Below are positions 22,723 to 24,000 of a stretch of 24,000 nucleotides of DNA, in pieces (the stretch's first letter is position 1; each line of letters starts with the position of its first letter). A program made the position numbers and the translations under genes. Under the pieces are notes generated by a model. That model made no database searches. It was not told where the DNA came from and saw only the letters and a list, made by a program, of their open reading frames with translations. Source of the DNA: Zhaonella formicivorans (GTDB lineage Bacteria; Bacillota; DUOV01; Zhaonellaceae); assembly GCF_004353525.1 (NCBI RefSeq), contig NZ_CP085524.1, forward strand, positions 1,188,142-1,212,141, given 5' to 3'.

Positions 22723-24000
22723 TCAGCCAATAAGTATTTTTTCCTCAGGATATTTAAAAGCGCTTTTTTGGGCTTTTAAGGCTATGGCGAAAGCCAAGGT
22801 AAGCGGCCCTACCCGACCGGCAAACATAGTTAGGATAATGAGTATCCTTCCGACAGCAGTCAGGTTGGGAGTTAAGCCCATTGTCAGACCTACCGTGCCA
22901 AAGGCAGAAGTTGTCTCAAAAATAATTGTTAAAAAGTCTGCGCTCTCTGTTATTGACAAAATCATAGTTACTACAGTTACAAGTAAAAAAGCGATAAAGG
23001 CTATAGACATAGCTTTTATAACCTGCTCCTTGGGCAGGCGCCGTTCAAAAGTGCCAGCCTGTTCCTGGCCGGTAATTACTGCCCAAACTCCCAACATGAT
23101 AGAAGCAAAAGTAGTAGTTTTAATGCCACCTCCTGTAGAACCCGGAGAGGCCCCGATAAACATCAGGAGAATAATCAAAAACTGGGAGGCTTTGGTCATA
23201 TCGGCAATATTTATAGAATTATAGCCGGCAGTCCTGGGAGTAACAGCCTGGAAATAGGCAGCCAGGATTTTCCCCTGTATGCTTAAAGGCTGCAAGGTTT
23301 TCGGGTTAGCAAACTCCAAAACATAAAGGACTAACGTGCCGCCCAGTATTAAAACAGCTGTAGTGACTAAAACCAATTTAGTATGTAGAACAAATTGGGA
23401 AAAACGCTTTTCTTCAATTACATCCGTAATTACGCCAAAACCCAACCCTCCTAAAATAATCAGGAATGAGATGGTAAGAGTGACCACCGGATCAGCCACA
23501 TAATGTGTAATGCTGGTAAAAGGGCCATATACCTGACCAAACAAGTCAAAACCTGCATTATTAAAACCTGAGACAGCATGAAAAATGCCAAACCACACGC
23601 CCTGCTTTAACCCGAACTGCGGTATCCACCGTAAAGCGAGAATAGCTGCTGCAACCCCTTCGATTATAAGGGTCGTCAATAAAACATTGCGGGTTAAACG
23701 CACTACCCCTTGGACTGAAACTTTATTCAGCGCTTCCTGCAATAATAGTCTTTCCCGCAACCCGATCTTGCGTCCTAACAGCAAAGCAAACAAAGTAGCC
23801 ACTGTCATAAAACCCAAGCCTCCGATTTGAATCAGGGACAAAATTACTATCTGGCCAAAAAACGACCAATGGATACCGGTATCTACCACAACTAATCCGG
23901 TAACGCAAACAGCCGAAGTTGCCGTAAAAAGCGCATCTAAAAAGGGGGTCGGCTGTCCGTTTGCGGAAGCTATCGGCAGCGATAACAGTATGCTGCCCAG
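22723..24000 (-). CDS. ktrB: Ktr-type K+ uptake membrane subunit KtrB (TrkH family), 5' end outside window
   Basis: The frame stays open upstream of the track start (23889) to the window edge. The translation LGSILLSLPIASANGQPTPFLDALFTATSAVCVTGLVVVDTG...IQIGGLGFMT...FNNAGF...TPRTAGYNS...TGGGIKTTTF...FGTVGLTMGLTP closely parallels B. subtilis KtrB, including the four pore-loop glycines. Confidence 0.85.
   Translation of the reverse strand: MGSILLSLPIASANGQPTPFLDALFTATSAVCVTGLVVVDTGIHWSFFGQIVILSLIQIGGLGFMTVATLFALLLGRKIGLRERLLLQEALNKVSVQGVVRLTRNVLLTTLIIEGVAAAILALRWIPQFGLKQGVWFGIFHAVSGFNNAGFDLFGQVYGPFTSITHYVADPVVTLTISFLIILGGLGFGVITDVIEEKRFSQFVLHTKLVLVTTAVLILGGTLVLYVLEFANPKTLQPLSIQGKILAAYFQAVTPRTAGYNSINIADMTKASQFLIILLMFIGASPGSTGGGIKTTTFASIMLGVWAVITGQEQAGTFERRLPKEQVIKAMSIAFIAFLLVTVVTMILSITESADFLTIIFETTSAFGTVGLTMGLTPNLTAVGRILIILTMFAGRVGPLTLAFAIALKAQKSAFKYPEEKILIG

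Noticed and set aside
1-24000. Scan for CRISPR repeats, IS/transposase or integrase genes, tRNA/rRNA genes, toxin-antitoxin pairs and defence-system-like gene sets
   Set aside because: None were seen. Every ORF over 60 aa that is not a shadow frame has a plausible housekeeping, metabolic or spore-related assignment. The only repeats are intragenic (5978-6320).

Overview
The window looks like a low-GC Gram-positive, spore-forming anaerobe, probably Clostridia/Peptococcaceae-like. That placement is inferred from synteny and gene content, and I cannot run a database search to confirm it. No rRNA, tRNA, CRISPR array or mobile element was seen.

About 60% of the window (6.8-24 kb, almost all on the minus strand) is the conserved Firmicute housekeeping locus. 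In order it carries ktrB (partial), rlmN, FhaA-like, FhaB-like, a PP2C phosphatase, a SEDS protein, a class B PBP, a PASTA kinase, rsgA, rpe, [FMN riboswitch + ribU], a YfcE-like phosphoesterase, rpmB (plus strand), a DUF1858 redox protein, asp23, yloV and recG. The genes are tightly packed, with overlapping stops and starts.

The left 6.8 kb is more accessory:
- The 5' part of an anaerobic Ni-CO dehydrogenase gene (cooS, runs off the window).
- A SAM methyltransferase.
- A Cys-free Crp/Fnr-family regulator.
- A NapH/YccM-type membrane polyferredoxin.
- An MFS transporter.
- Two CotF/YraD-G-like spore-coat genes.
- A small ORF missing from the track.
- A very unusual Gln-rich coiled-coil protein with a Gly/Ser/Tyr low-complexity tail.

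The most interesting observations:
1. Three near-identical TGTGAT..ATCACA palindromes lie in front of cooS, the methyltransferase/regulator divergon and the polyferredoxin. Two of them sit exactly 21 nt from extended -10 boxes, which is the class II -41.5 geometry.
2. The Q-rich/[G/S]Y[G/S] repeat protein sits next to the coat genes.
3. An actinobacterial-style FhaA-FhaB-PstP-RodA-PbpA-PknB module is embedded in the Firmicute rlmN...rpe operon.
4. An FMN riboswitch explains a false 5' extension of the ribU ORF.

Several ORF-track starts were re-placed using RBS and context. I found nothing I can call a wholly new system with confidence, so the findings are graded accordingly.
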